A stretch of DNA of 64,000 nucleotides, taken from Octopus vulgaris (taxonomy: Eukaryota). A program made the translations under genes and the position numbers. The notes beneath the pieces are model-generated. The model ran no database searches. It saw only the letters and a program-made list of their open reading frames with translations, and had not been told where the DNA came from. Shown here piece by piece: positions 39,694 through 52,819 of this stretch (position 1 is the first letter of the stretch; the number at the start of each line of letters is the position of its first letter). The DNA is taken from assembly GCA_951406725.2 (NCBI GenBank), contig OX597814.1, forward strand, positions 158,162,001 through 158,226,000, in the 5' to 3' direction.

Positions 39694-40240
39694 ATGAGGG
39701 TAGAAATTGATATTAATCAATTAAAACCAGTGGCTTAGCATATTTTTAAAAATCCGAAGATGAAAAATTGTGTTACATACAAAATTTACAGGACTAACCA
39801 CTAAATGTGGACATTTCTTATATATTATGTCTAATAGATTCTTTTAATGTGATTCATTAATAACGAACCACCATCTACTAAATCTAAGAAAATTACTCAT
39901 CTTGATTACTTCTCTTCCATTTCTTCTAATATATATTATTAACTCCTAATATATACACTTAATTAATAAGACTTTTGTCCCCGGTTATTGAATATTATGC
40001 CTACTCATAATATATATACTAAATAAATAAAAGTTTTTTTTCTCTTCAAACTTAGTAAATATTAGATCTAGCATTTTCTTTTAATCCAACTTATTAAAAT
40101 AAACACTACTTACTAGCCAATTATGTTCGGATATATTAATGCGGATGCATATATGTATATGTTTGTACATGTGTAAAAGAATCTCTGTATTTTCTATAAC
40201 TACGTAGTATACAGATGGTTATTGTGGCTATTTAGTATTG

Positions 40241-40456
40241 AGAATCGTTAGCACGCCGGGCGAAATGCGTAGCCGTATTTCGTCTGCCGTTACGTTCTGG
40301 GTTCAAATTCCGCCGAGGTCGACTTTGCCTTTCATCCTTTCGGGGTCGATAAATTAAGTACCAGTTACGCACTGGGGTCGATATAATCGACTTAATCCGT
40401 TCGTCTGTCCTTGTTTGTCCCCTCTGTGTTTAGCCCCTTGTGGGTAGTAAAGAAAT
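40241..40456 (+). mobile_element. SINE family 1, near full length
   Basis: agaatcgttagcacgccgggcgaaatgc head, B-box, core and gtaaagaaata tail. Confidence 0.93.
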
Positions 40457-40494
40457 ATATTTAGTATTGGCTTAGTTTTCTTGATACAAAATTT

Positions 40495-40580
40495 ATAAGA
40501 CATTATAAGACATTCTAAGACATTATAAGACATATAAGACATTATAAGACATTCTTGATACAAAATATATAAGACATTAT
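40495..40580. repeat. Minisatellite (AAGACATTAT)n
   Basis: About seven imperfect 9-10 bp units. Confidence 0.85.
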
Positions 40581-40804
40581 TAGCCTATAATCCCCCTACC
40601 ACTTTAACTTCAACATGAACAACTTTTGAGATTTATTTCACCCCTTCCTATATCTATAAATAGAAAAACTCTTTTGTCTCCATTCAACCGAATATCCCCC
40701 CTCACGAGCAGATCAAAATAACTAAAAATAAATCTACAGTCAGAAGATAAATTCTAACACCTTAATGTTTTTAACATTCAAATCAACCTCTCTGTCGCTT
40801 GTTT

Positions 40805-41440
40805 CCTTAAGCTGCTTCATATTCGTTAACAAGCACCATTTTTCGTCGCCAGTAAGGATTCGGTAAAGAAATCGTTGCTTGTGTCCATGAGTTGAGCGGT
40901 GACGAGCAAGCAAACCAGCAGAGATTGTGGCTCGTTGATTTTTGTTCTTGTCACTTAAAGCATGCGGAAGCCACGCCCCATACCTCTGAACCTTTCCCAT
41001 CGAGTGAAGCTCCTTCTTTATAGCAGTGTGGGAACATTACATTTTCTCTGCCAATTCCCTTGTTGTTTGACGAGAATTTTCGTGTAAAAGTTGGTTTAAT
41101 TACTCTTCATCGAACTCAACTGGACGGCCACAACGAGGTGCATCTTTGAGGTCAAAATTTCCATTATTTGAACTTGGCATACCAATCACGAGCGGTTCTT
41201 TCAGCTATGGTACCCTCCCCATACACAGCACAAATATCATGAGCAGCTTTTGTGGCCTTAGAACTTTGATTAAAACCAAAAAGATGTCGAAAATGCTCAT
41301 TTTTCTTAATTTCACATTCCATTTTAATGATCTGAAAATAAACAAAAATTAACTAAAATTAACAAGAAAAAATAATAGATTCCAAAATTTAAAAACGCAA
41401 TAAATTCCAAAATTTAAAAAACCGTCGAGAACATAGTTGC

Positions 41441-41445
<5 letters not shown>
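40805..41445 (-). mobile_element. Mariner 5' half
   Basis: GAWLPHALS and RILTGDEKWCL motifs; TIR-like end at about 41445. Confidence 0.88.
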
Positions 41446-41522
<77 letters not shown>

Positions 41523-41759
41523 GTATTTACATATATATATATATAGCCCTGTGTGGCTAATAAAGAAACATATATATATATATATATATGAGAACTATTG
41601 GTATCCGGAAGCCCCACACCCTCCTTGGATAAAGGAACTGCAACTATAACATCCTACATATACTTTTATTTTTACTTCTATTCTGTTATTTCCATCCTAT
41701 TCCAAAATAACGTCTCATATTGAACTCTACTGTTTCCTTCTATTTAACCTTCTCACATC

Positions 41760-41807
41760 ATCTCTTATGAAGGGATATCCCTAATATCCCAGAAACAGCT
41801 GTTAGAC
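41760..41807 (+). ncRNA. Decayed hammerhead motif, same family as 5870-5917
   Basis: tct-CTTATGA-agggata tccctaa tatccc a-GAAA-cagctg-TT-agac; G5 mutated. Confidence 0.5.
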
Positions 41808-41939
41808 TAAATTTCTCCTTATGTCTTGAAAATTCCACACACTTTTGGCTTTGTTGTTCATTTTAATTAACACGCGCACACACACAGACACACACACACA
41901 CACGCGCACACGCACACACACACACACACAAACACACAT

Positions 41940-42001
<62 letters not shown>

Positions 42002-42147
42002 AGCGTATAAATGTGAACAAATCACAATTATTTACGAATTATAATTTCATAAATAATTTTGAATTGTTTACGCTAGATCATGCGTAATGTATTTTTACAT
42101 TCTTCTTTATATGTGTGTGCGTGTGTATGTGTGTGTGTGCGTATGTG

Positions 42148-42182
<35 letters not shown>

Positions 42183-42249
42183 ATGTGTTTGTGTGTGTGT
42201 GCGTCTGTGTGTGTGTGTGTGTAATCGAATTTCTCGTTGAATTCAGTTA

Positions 42250-42462
42250 TTGAGCATTCAGTTATTGCCGAACGACCTGCATACATGATTTTGTGCATGA
42301 GTTTGTGCCGCATGTTCGCTCATTCTCACGTGTTGAAGTGATCGCAGAGCAGCATGAGATAAGTGGTTTGCTCAAGAACACAGCACACCACCCAGTGTGG
42401 AATTGAGATCATGATCTGGCTCTCGTGTGTGCAGCATCCTAACCACTAAACCATGCATCTTA
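42250..42462 (-). mobile_element. Degenerate tRNA-derived SINE
   Basis: Minus strand: tggtttagtggttagg A-box and ctcaattcc B-box-like. Confidence 0.55.
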
Positions 42463-42470
42463 CACACACG

Positions 42471-42561
<91 letters not shown>

Positions 42562-42564
<3 letters not shown>

Positions 42565-43365
42565 TCTTTTCATTTTGAAAGCCAGATTTTTCAGATTTCG
42601 TATACTTCGTATACTGGTAGAATGTGTCAAAAGAAAACAATAATTTCAACTAGTTTTTTTTTACAAAAATGTATTTTATAAGTTTATACGTAGTTTAAAT
42701 CTGCGAATTTTAACCAATCGTATTGTCTGTTTTTATTTGAAATTATTAGCTGCATAGTGTTACTGTGACGTAGACAGCTATTTTGTGAGTGGGTAAGCAG
42801 TAAGCAAAAAGCTGTGGTAGATGTGGTTATCATGGCAGTGGTGGTGGTGGTGGTGGCGGCAGTGGATGATGATGATAATGATGATGATAGTAGTAGTAGC
42901 ATTGATTATGTTAGGATGTCTCATGGATGGTAGTGTTGAAGACATTGCAGAGTGTAGTGGTGGTGAAATTGGTGATTTTGAATATGATGTTGGTATTGAT
43001 CTTGGGGTTGTGGTTGCAGAAGATGGTTGTGGTGGTGGCATTGGAGGTTGTAGTAATGGTTGTAGTGGTGGTTGTGAAGATGATTCTGATATTGATAGTC
43101 TTTGCATTGAGGTGGTGGCAGAGTCAGAGTAAATAATAAGAGCCCAGTTAACACAAGATTCTTAAATTTCGGAGATCATAAGATAGAGAGCAAGAAGTTA
43201 AAAGTTCCAATACTGGCCCAATTCCTACACCCCAGATTCTTCAACTATTTTATAAGAAAGAGGTTAATGGCAGGATAAGGATTCAGCTTAAAAATAAATT
43301 GTATAACAAAAAATACATAAATAAATTACTGCTCCAACGATGTAATTTTAGTATGTGTGTATGTA

Positions 43366-43419
<54 letters not shown>

Positions 43420-43850
43420 TGTGTGTGTGTGTGTGTAAGCAATGCAAACAATGGAAAATAATTTAAACACTCATTTTATATATACTAAGACTTTCAAAAA
43501 GAATTTAGCTATTTAGGATCTGCACAAATTTTATATATACTCCACGAAGTTTGAAAGTGTTTAGTTACGATAAGCGGATGTTTACATTTTATGTTTACGT
43601 TAACTACGTCTCAAAATAGCTGTTTACGTCACAGTAACAATATTTTGAGAGGCAGTAAATGATATGAAGTCGAAAGAAAGAATATCATTGGTTAAAATTC
43701 GAATTATTAAACAACGTTAAACTTAGAAATTACTATTCCGTTTTCATTTTGGCTTACAATTATGTTTTCTTTTGACACATTCTACCAGTATACGAAGTTT
43801 CAAATTGTTTAGTTAACTAGGAAAATCTGGCTTTCAAAATGAAAAGATCC
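42562..43850. mobile_element. Non-autonomous DNA transposon with long (about 230 bp) imperfect TIRs enclosing low-complexity (GGT/GAT)n sequence
   Basis: ggatcttttcattttgaaagccagatttt / aaaatctggctttcaaaatgaaaagatcc, with further paired blocks (acttcgtatactggtagaatgtgtcaaaagaaaac; tgttactgtgacgta.acagctattttg). Confidence 0.85.
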
Positions 43851-44206
43851 CAACACACTCATACACACACAATATACACATACACAGAGTGATGAGGTAA
43901 TGGGAGTAGGTTTTTAGGTACACGAAATATGCTATGATCCGCGAGCATGAGGTTAAGAAACGGTGTGTTAGAAGCTATAAGCTCCCACAACCACGTGCTG
44001 AGAAGTAGGGGAACGTCAATCGCCATCGACACTCTCCGTTTCCATTACTGTATTCACACAAATATATTCACCACCGACATACATGCGCGCACTCATACAG
44101 GCACTTAGAGAAAGAGCAGGAGACAAGTTAGGGCTCGATACATTACAGTACAGATATAGATAGAGAGAAAGAGAGGAAAATGTATTAGAAAGCGTTATAT
44201 ATTAAA

Positions 44207-44598
44207 CTAGCAGTATCGCCCGGCGTTGCTTGGGTTTGTAAGAGAAATAACTATAAAGCATTTTTAGAGAGTTATAGCCAAAAAATAGTAAAAAATACAT
44301 TAAAAATGGAAAATAAATTATGGTAAATTTTTTTAAAATCGTTGACTCATCGTAGACATTTTTAGAGAGTTACTTCCCTTATATAATAGCGAAAAAAATG
44401 CATTAAAATGGAAAAAAATGATGGTAAATTATTTTAAAAATCGTAGACTCATCGTAGACGCGCGCTAATACCCAGAAGGGCTCGATATGAATCACGACTA
44501 TAAGATACCCGGTTTTGGTTAAACTGCACCGCAAAATGTGGGAGTAGTTAGGAATCTAAATCGTAGGAGACAGACACACAACCTTACTTTTATATATA
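44207..44598 (-). mobile_element. Non-autonomous Helitron-like element
   Basis: Same terminus as 36657; internal ~110-bp duplication. Confidence 0.7.
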
Positions 44599-44773
44599 TT
44601 AAATATTTTTTCTACCGATATTACATTGAATACAGATGTGTGCGTTTGATCTCAGAGATCGATAGAACAGTCATCTGATTGGCTCTATCTTCGATACTAC
44701 AGGTATAAACTTGTCTGTGTGTATGAGTGTTTGTGCTTGTTTGTTCACGCACATGTATGTGTGGGTGTATGCA

Positions 44774-44826
<53 letters not shown>

Positions 44827-45057
44827 TCACAATTAAAAAATATTGTGCATTACGGAGAAGAAACGCATGAAAAGAGTGTCACTATTTCATATGTTTGCAG
44901 AAAAAGTTTCTCTTGAATGAAAAGGAAAGAAAAAAAACAGGAGGGAATTTCTGTGAGCAATAAACGTAACAAGAGAACTTTTATGTATGGCAAGTCATAA
45001 TTGGTTCCTGACTTGTAAACGTTTAAAGTACTATTTGTAATTGTATAACAAACAAAT

Positions 45058-45409
45058 ATGTATTGTTTCGCAATTCGTCACTTCACTCGAAAAACACCTC
45101 TTCTCAATATTTTCTCTATACTATTACTCCAAATGTGCATGGGCAGTAATGTAAATTTTAGAGAATATTATGGCACTCGTGTTCCACCTCCTGTAACTGC
45201 CATTCCAGAAGCTGATAAATTAATTCAAATGTCAAACATCAGATCAGAAACTGAGTGCTTTTCTATTTGTATGACATTTTCTAAATGTGGTATGATCATT
45301 TACAGCGTTTCCGATGAAGTATGCATCGTGCGTAAAATCAAGCAATTACCTGGTACCTCATCATTCATCGACATTCCGGCAAATAGTATTTACACCGTGC
45401 TTCAAGCTT
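45058..45409 (+). CDS. Exon 1 of secreted PAN/Apple + C-type lectin gene (paralog B): signal peptide and PAN-like domain
   Basis: ATG at 45058; hydrophobic stretch LLNIFSILLLQMCMG; C-x3-C-x4-C-x11-C pattern (ECFSICMTFSKCGMIIYSVSDEVC) typical of PAN/Apple; gtgagt donor at 45410, phase 1, joins in frame to exon 2. Confidence 0.82.
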
Positions 45410-45629
45410 GTGAGTAGTTTTCTTTTCCTAGTGTATGCGTTGTGTTTATTATTATTTATTTTCCTTCTTTCTTCAAATTTTCTTCCATTTCTCACCGAGT
45501 GTTTTCCGTACACCTAGGGCAGATAAGCTCATTGTATGCATTCCCAGATTACACACGCAAATTCATAGGTAAAATATGTATTAAAAAATTAATGAATAAA
45601 TAAATTCATGAATGGATGTTATTTTCACA

Positions 45630-46605
45630 GCGGTAATACTCTTCTCAGTACATGAGTAGTTCCAGTTAACACGATATTTTGTACCTTCTGTAGGAATGGT
45701 AAGCCTGGTATCATTTTCAAATAGGTTTCAGTACCTTTTTTTTTTTATCATTCCTACAATCACTGGTACTGTAGTTGCCTCGAGATGCTACATTTTTTCA
45801 ATTTGTATTAGTAAGTCTATATATTTACTGATCTTGTCAAATTCTTTCGCCGCTATATTGTGAGCACAAGGAATATTCATGTCAATTAATAAACACACCT
45901 TTTTTGTCTGATCTTTTATAATATTATCCGGTTTATTAGCTTTTATAGTTTTGTCGGTACGAGGAAGTCCCAGAGAATCGACACATTTTCTCCCTAAGTC
46001 ACAGCTTCAGGATGGTGTTTGTACCATTTGTCAGTGGTTTTGATTTTATAATGCCGACACATTGTTCAGTGTAAATACTGGCCGACTGTGTCATGTCTTG
46101 CTTTATATTCTACAGGTGTTAAGAGTCTACACCCTGAGATTAGGTGGTCTATAATTTCAGTCTCATCTTTACAGAATCGGCATTTTGGGTCATCTCCGTT
46201 TTTTATCACATTGGCTTGGTAGTTCCGGGTTAATAAGCTTTGGTCTTGAGCAGCTAATATGAAACTTTCACTCTCTGCTTTTAGCCCTGAGCTTCGTAAC
46301 CATTGATGCGTGTGTTTCTGGTCGACATCACCTTGTTTGCTAGGGGCCACATACTTGCCATGCAGAAGTTCTGTTCCCATCTGCTAGCTAATTTTTCATG
46401 TGCTTTTGTCTTTGCAATTAATTTTATTTTCTTTGCGGCAGCAGTTGGCGCATTTACTTCAACCCGATCAATCTCTCTTTCAGAATAGAGTGAAGTTTTG
46501 TCGAGCTTTCATGTTTTTCAACAAGTTTTAGCATCCAATCGTTGGTTGTTTCAAGTTATTTGGCCAGTCCGATTGTGGTGGTTTTGTACGTAAGTTCAAA
46601 CTAGA
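45630..46605 (-). mobile_element. R4/Dong-clade LINE 3' fragment (CCHC finger + restriction-like endonuclease) in intron 1
   Basis: FILAAQDQSLLTRNY, CRFC..E...HLISGC, YKARHD, KPDIII. Confidence 0.88.
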
Positions 46606-46805
46606 TCAAGCTGGATCAAGTATTTTTACTATTGTTGAGTGAGAGAGCAGTGCATGCCCTGAAAGTGACACTAAGGGGAAATATACAAAGCCCAGAATTC
46701 ATATCATGACTACTCGTCTGATAAGGGTACACCAGGCACATGCATCACAGCCATATGCGCGCAACATGGTGATCTCATATCGAGACTAACAGCTCATGGC
46801 CTTGG

Positions 46806-46871
<66 letters not shown>

Positions 46872-46895
46872 GTTATTGTTGTTGTTGTTGTTGTT

Positions 46896-46948
<53 letters not shown>

Positions 46949-46950
46949 CA
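46806..46950. repeat. (ATT)n/(GTT)n microsatellite
   Basis: Direct reading. Confidence 0.97.
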
Positions 46951-47593
46951 TTTTTCGTTTTGGGATTTGGTTTGCAAGATTCTTTATATGAGTTCGTGTG
47001 TTGAAGCATATTCTGTTGTGTCTGGGGAGAGTCATTTTCTTTTTGTGCCTTATTATGTAACACACTCACCGGTAAAATTTCCACGTTTTTCTTATTTTTA
47101 TTTTCCTAAAATTTTCGTTGCGTCTTGCAACCTTTTCAATAGTTTTGACTGTGTCTGTTATTCACACTGCGTTCCCTTTTGTATGTTTGTGCACGTGTGT
47201 GTGGGTCATTGTGTGTGTGCCTATACATACATGCATGCACGTATGTATGTATGTGTGTGTTTGCATATGTATGTATATATATATATATGTGTGTGTATGC
47301 ATATGTATATATGTATGTGTGTGCATCTGTATGTACGTATCCTGCATATTTATGTGCTTGCATGTCCGTGTTTGTGTATTTTCTATGTATGTGTTTGTGA
47401 GCATGTGTTTGTATATGTATGCACCTCTGTTTGTCTCCTTGTTTGTGCATGTCTGTGTGTGTGTGTGTTATGCAACTATGTACCATGTTTGTATGTATGG
47501 ATGTGCATCTTTATATGTGTGGATCTGTGTCTTCCCCTGTGTCTGTTCATATAGTCTATATACCTATCCGTCTGTATATTGATATGTTTATTT

Positions 47594-47746
47594 ACATATC
47601 TATATGCTTACATACAGAAATAAAAAATAAAAATTAAAAAATGAAAAAAAAACAAATTTTTTAAGTGCATACACATGCACTTTTTTTGTTTTTTCATTTT
47701 TTAATTTAATTTTTTTAAATTTCTGTATTTAAGCATATAGATATGT
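47594..47746. repeat. About 150-bp palindrome
   Basis: acatatctatatgcttacatacagaaat / atttctgtatttaagcatatagatatgt, with inner aagtgcat acac atgcactt. Confidence 0.85.
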
Positions 47747-48965
47747 TCGGTGGTCAAGGTAAATAGCCAACTGTCGGAATCGTTTAACATCGCCCATTCG
47801 GTCCGTCAAGGATGCCCACTCTCCCCCCTTCTCTACGTACTGGCGCTCGAGCTATTACTACTGAAGCTAGATATTTTGAGGGGCATCCCGCGCAAGCTAG
47901 GATGCAGAAGAGGCGTGTCCGCGTATGCGGCCGATGTCACCGTGAAAGTGTCGGATGTCTCTGAAATAGAGATGTTCGGCCCTATACTAAGGGAATACGA
48001 AACAGTGACAGGAGCAATGATTAACCAGGAGAAATCAGTGGGCTTGCAGTTCGGCACCTGAAGAGACAGGTTCATGCGTTGTGGGACACTGGACGGAAGG
48101 ACCGGTTGCTTGGGTCTGATTTGGTCCGGACCTCCAAGTGGACAAGAACTGGGGAAAGGTAACAGACAGGGTGGCCAGTCTCACCCAGAAATGGGCCGAG
48201 ATGAAACTGTCCCTGGAAGGTCGGGTGGAGGTGGCGAATGCGTACATTGCATCCGTTAGCTAAACAGGCTGGAGCGCTTGCTCCCCTGTTTCTTGTAGAA
48301 GGGAAGGGTAGCGCTTCTCAGACGGTCCATTTACTGTCAGCACCCGTTGCGTGGAGGACTGGGCATGCCGTGGCTGATGATGCGCACACATGAGTTGAGG
48401 CAGCGACATCTCCCGCGATACCTTAGCGGTGAGTGGGTGTGGTTGCTGTTTGTTAGACACGCTTTTTCGCAGCTCGTCTTCTAGACGGAGTTAAGTCCTG
48501 GATCAGGCTTAGACCGAGGCAGGGCACTTAGCATCTAGAGTGTCTCCAATCGGGCAATGCGGTCGGTAGAAGTTCTACCTTGGAGTTCTATAGGGAATTA
48601 GTGGAAGGCAAGAGCGACGACGATCTCGGAGAGACTCTGGGTGTTGAGATGGATTAACTGGCTGGTCTCTTCCGGAGGACTATTGGGCCGGGGCCTATGA
48701 ATAATTTCCAGAAACATCTGGCCTGGCCAGCGCTGCCGGTTCGTGATAAGCTCTGTAGGCATGGATGTGCAGTCAGACGGTCTTGTCCGAGGTGCATATA
48801 GAGCGAGGAAACCGTTCCGTGTGCACTAATACAGTGTCCGCTCATTGGTGACCTGTGGAGCTTCGTCAAACAGTTATTGTGACGTTTAGGACGAATCTGG
48901 CTATCGTCCGAGTCCATCGTGAATATTTCCCCGCGTCCTTCCTTTGGCCAGGAAATGAAAGTCTT
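47747..48965 (+). mobile_element. Tx1/L1-clade LINE RT fragment, decayed
   Basis: SVRQGCPLSPLLYVLALE, SAYAADVTV, GAMINQEKS; locally GC-rich; stops. Confidence 0.85.
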
Positions 48966-49371
48966 TCCCCACGTGAATTACGGACCCCAGCAATGAACTC
49001 GTTTGCATTAACCAATCAGAGCTTACCTTGACCTTGTTGTCAAGTTAAAAACACTCTCTCCCAAGTAAATTCAAAACGAAAAACTGTGTTGTAAGTCGAC
49101 CAATCGCAAGGTTATGCCCGATTTTAGAAGGACACAAGTAATTAGATAGTAATTAGATGCTAGGGACCCAAAGTGGATGAGATTGCTTTGGTTACCTCAC
49201 GATGCCCCCCCCCCACCATTGGGGAATTATATATTGTTGTGTAATTTTCCTTGTTAATTGTTGTGTTTTGCTGCTTAAACGTATAACCTCACTGCCCTTC
49301 GTCTGTGGATTGTCCATTATGTTTTGTGTTCAATCGTTATGACCAATAAAGTATTATTGTTATCATTATTA

Positions 49372-49431
<60 letters not shown>

Positions 49432-49433
<2 letters not shown>

Positions 49434-50395
49434 TGATGGAAACTGACAATGCTGGATATGATGGAAAGTGTCAGGCTGCCCGCAGCCAGCAGACTAAGTT
49501 GACACTTTTTTACTGGTCATACTTCAAGTACTTTGCGAAGAATTCTTGCAGTTCCAAAAAGGCTGATTTTTATAGGTATTTTACTTTTACATTTGTACCA
49601 GTGTTTTTAGCCATGCTGGTAGTTGAGCGCTTCAAAGTGCGCCATTTACTATTGATATCATGTCTGTACTCCTCATTGACCACAGCCTTCGTATTTACCA
49701 CTTCAAATCATCGTAGTTGTTCAGTTTTTCTTCTTTCTCTTTGATCCTATTATCACTAGGACATACTATGTCGATTATCATGCAAGTTCTTTTTCTTCTT
49801 TTTTATTCATCCGGTTTCCAATGTCTGTTTAGGTGATCGCACGCAATCATTGCATCCCAGAGGATTCTGCAATCTTCATTCTCGGTGATTTCTTCTGGGG
49901 TTTGCTCATACTATGTCTTGGTTCTTTGTAGGCCGTGGTTTAAACAGAGCTCCCAATGGATCGTTCCCGACACATCGTCATGTCGTCTTTTGTATTTACG
50001 TTGTGCCAATTTCGGGCATTCGCCAACGATGTGCCATATCGTTTCTTCACTCTCCCATACATTCTTCAGTTGTCGCTGATGGGAGTATATATTTCTTTAC
50101 TACCCACAAGGGCTAAACATAGAGGGGACAAACAAAGGGATTAAGTCGATTACATCGACCCAGTGCGAAACTGGTACTTTATTTATCGACCCCGAGAGGA
50201 TGAAAGGCAAAGTCGTCCTCGGCGGAATTTGAACTCAGAACGTAACGACAGACGAAATACCGCTAAGCATTTCGCCCGGCGTGCTAACGTTTCTGCCAGC
50301 TGATGGGAGTATAGTCGATTCAGCACTCCGCATGGTTAGTTCTTAACGCTTGTTCTTGTGCTGCGCTTATAAGTGCTTCTGTCTTTATCTTCAGG
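49432..50395 (-). mobile_element. Second R4/Dong-clade LINE 3' fragment abutting (TAA)n, interrupted by a SINE
   Basis: Minus strand: GECPKLAQRKYKRRHDDV, ILWDAMIACDH..KPD; the 3' end runs into the (TTA)n tract at about 49350-49433. Confidence 0.75.
50090..50300 (-). mobile_element. SINE family 1, full length with 15-bp TSD
   Basis: Flanked by gctgatgggagtata at 50075-50089 and 50299-50313. Confidence 0.93.
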
Positions 50396-50804
50396 TCACT
50401 TCTTCTCACCCATAGCCAACGGTTCTCTGTATCCGTCTCAGTATTCGTACCTCTTGCAAACTAACCCTACACTTTCTTTTCCTTCCACGCTGTTTCTTTT
50501 TCTGTTCTTTTCCACGTTAAGCTTTCCTTTCTTCATACAATTTTCAGTTTTAATGCCGCCAGACTTTACATGTTTCAGCAATTGTCTCACGGTATCTTTT
50601 ATCTACCATCCTAAGTTGTTTTTCTCTATTTCGATACAATCCTGGCAACTGATCAAACCTCTCCCACACCTTCTTCTGGACAAGTACAGCCTATCGGATT
50701 CACTCTTAGAGTGGAAGGCTCCGGGCACTGTCAACATTTTTCTTGTCTTCGTATCTATGTGCACCAGTTCTTTCTTTTGTCTGTTTATGCATCCAGCTCC
50801 ATGT

Positions 50805-51250
50805 TCTCAGTTGAACATATTTCTACTCCTCTGTATCACCCAAGGTCTAACGGGCAAGCTGAAAAGTTCGTAGATACATTTAAAAGAGCATTAAGGAAAT
50901 CAAGAAACGTACTAGTCGATGACGCGTCCTTGACGCAATTCTTAAGGGCTTATAGGATAACACCAAACCAAAATGCTTTTCAGGCAAATCGCCTGCAGGA
51001 TTAATGTTTGTTCGGAAAATAAAGTCAATTTTCCACAAGCTGCTACTTGTAAGACAAAAAATAGGGAAATCACTAAAATATGACTAAGTCATTTAATATC
51101 GGTGCCAAAATGTTTATCAAAATATATAAGAATGGAAGACAAGGTTGAGAAGACGGAGAAGTAACAAAAGGAATAGGCAAAATGTCATATGATAAGAGGC
51201 GAAAAATGAGAACACAAAATGCATTTAAACCAACTAAAAAAATAGATATA
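50805..51250 (+). mobile_element. Gypsy LTR retrotransposon integrase fragment
   Basis: HISTPLYHPRSNGQAEKFVDTFKRAL..FLRAYRITP. Confidence 0.85.
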
Positions 51251-52067
51251 CGGGAAAAAGCGTGTGTGTGTTTGCACGAATGTTTATATTCCAGGTCTTG
51301 ACATGAGAGCGTCGAGTGAAAATCTGTGTCGTTCGTTGGTCTCGGTATAACTTCTAATAAGTATATAGAGAGTGGTTCACTTTGGTCCCTTTGAATATGC
51401 ATCAATTATTGCTACTTTTAATAAGTTTGGATTCACTCAGAATCCAAATGATAGGAAAGAATCACTTTGAAATATTTTCATTTTTATACAAACAGTACTG
51501 GTTATAGGGAACCGTCCTGATGAGTTAACACCACACTTGTTCTCTATTTTCTATCAGAGTTAAAAACTTTGATTATTCTACATCCCCGTTCATACAATTA
51601 TCCACGAATTCGGTACACTGTAATGTTTCCTTTTAATAATCTACCCACACACTATGCCAGTTCAGTTGCCGCCAGCAGACTTTCACTACTGTTTTCTTTT
51701 ACAAGTAAAACCCTATGAGCTTTTTCTGTGAGTCTTTTAGTCTTCAGATAGATTATTGTGGCCGAGATATTAATATATCTTCGTGCTCAGAGTCAATGTT
51801 AGGGTATTATGAAACTTCAAAAGTTGTCCTGAAGCGTCATCTAGGTTATTTCACATGCTAGAAATAGGCAAACGTCTTGTTGAGAATTTTCTAATCAAGA
51901 TGATTGGTGAGAAATTGAAGTCCATAAATGATCATCACTTTAATGGAAGTTTCTCAATCAGCAATAGTTAGAAATTATACTAGAAATTAGAACAACATTA
52001 TGGCGTATAACGAAATTTCAAGACATTTTAGTCATAAGTATGTCTTGTAAGAAGTAAGGTCTGCATG

Positions 52068-52258
52068 CTTGTTCCTTCGCTAGCCATGCTTGGCTCATAA
52101 GGGCCGGTTTTCCGGTTTCATTTGCGTATAGGTTCCCCACTGGACAGGACGCCGGTCCGTCGCAGGTGAGCTGCTACGTGCAGGAGGAAAGAATGAGAGA
52201 AAGTTGTGGCGGAAGAGACAGCAGAAGTTCGCTATTACCTTCTGCAGGAGCCGCGTAT
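52068..52258. mobile_element. SINE-like interspersed repeat fragment
   Basis: GC-rich island ggctcataagggccggtttt...cactggacaggacgccggtccgtcgcagg, resembling a SINE core. Confidence 0.45.
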
Positions 52259-52639
52259 GAGGTGAGAAGTATGAAAATAGGTGAGTTTAGCACTAGCTTA
52301 TTAGTTTACATTTATAACCTCGATGACTGGATTATCGTCTGGTCACCTTGTCTTGTTGAATTTTGATGAATAAGTAAATTGTCACATGGGTGTTGGAGAG
52401 ATTGCTCTAGAAAAGAAAATTCTAGAATGAGATTTATTGTGTGTGCAAAACCAAAACTGAAGTGAAGTGTGTGTGTGAATTCTAATTGCCACAGTGCAGT
52501 TACAAATAATTTTCAATTGAGGTGTACTGGTTAAGAGAAGATAAGTCAGTCAATAGCTAATAGTGACCTGAAATTAACATAAATGAATACTTTTCGAAAT
52601 GATCTAACACATGAGATATATTTTCTTGTCTTCCTATAG

Positions 52640-52819
52640 CTGAATGTCCGACGTCAGCCGGCTACATTTATCGACCAGAATTTAGATTATGCTTTCAAAT
52701 AGGTTCTAAGGAAGTTACATGGGGTGAAGCCGCTGACAATTGCAATAACGATCGGGGACGACTTATCCACATTAAAAATTTGGAAGTGAACGACTATCTC
52801 AGAACACTAATAGGATCGA
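52640..52819 (+). CDS. Exon 2 of paralog B: N-terminal half of a long-form C-type lectin domain
   Basis: Acceptor ttttcttgtcttcctatag ends at 52639 and gtgagt donor starts at 52820; 180 nt, phase 1-1. Translation ECPTSAGYIYRPEFRLCFQIGSKEVTWGEAADNCNNDRGRLIHIKNLEVNDYLRTLIGS matches the CP..CF..TW.EA..C..G.L..I pattern of CTLDs. Confidence 0.92.

Noticed and set aside
40495-40580. Short direct repeats suggestive of a CRISPR array
   Set aside because: 10-bp units without unique spacers, in a eukaryotic context.
42778-43154. Pro/His/Gly-rich ORFs on both strands
   Set aside because: Degenerate trinucleotide repeat inside a TIR element.
45015-45057. TATA-like words upstream of the lectin ATG
   Set aside because: Not distinguishable from AT-rich background; an untranslated upstream exon cannot be excluded.
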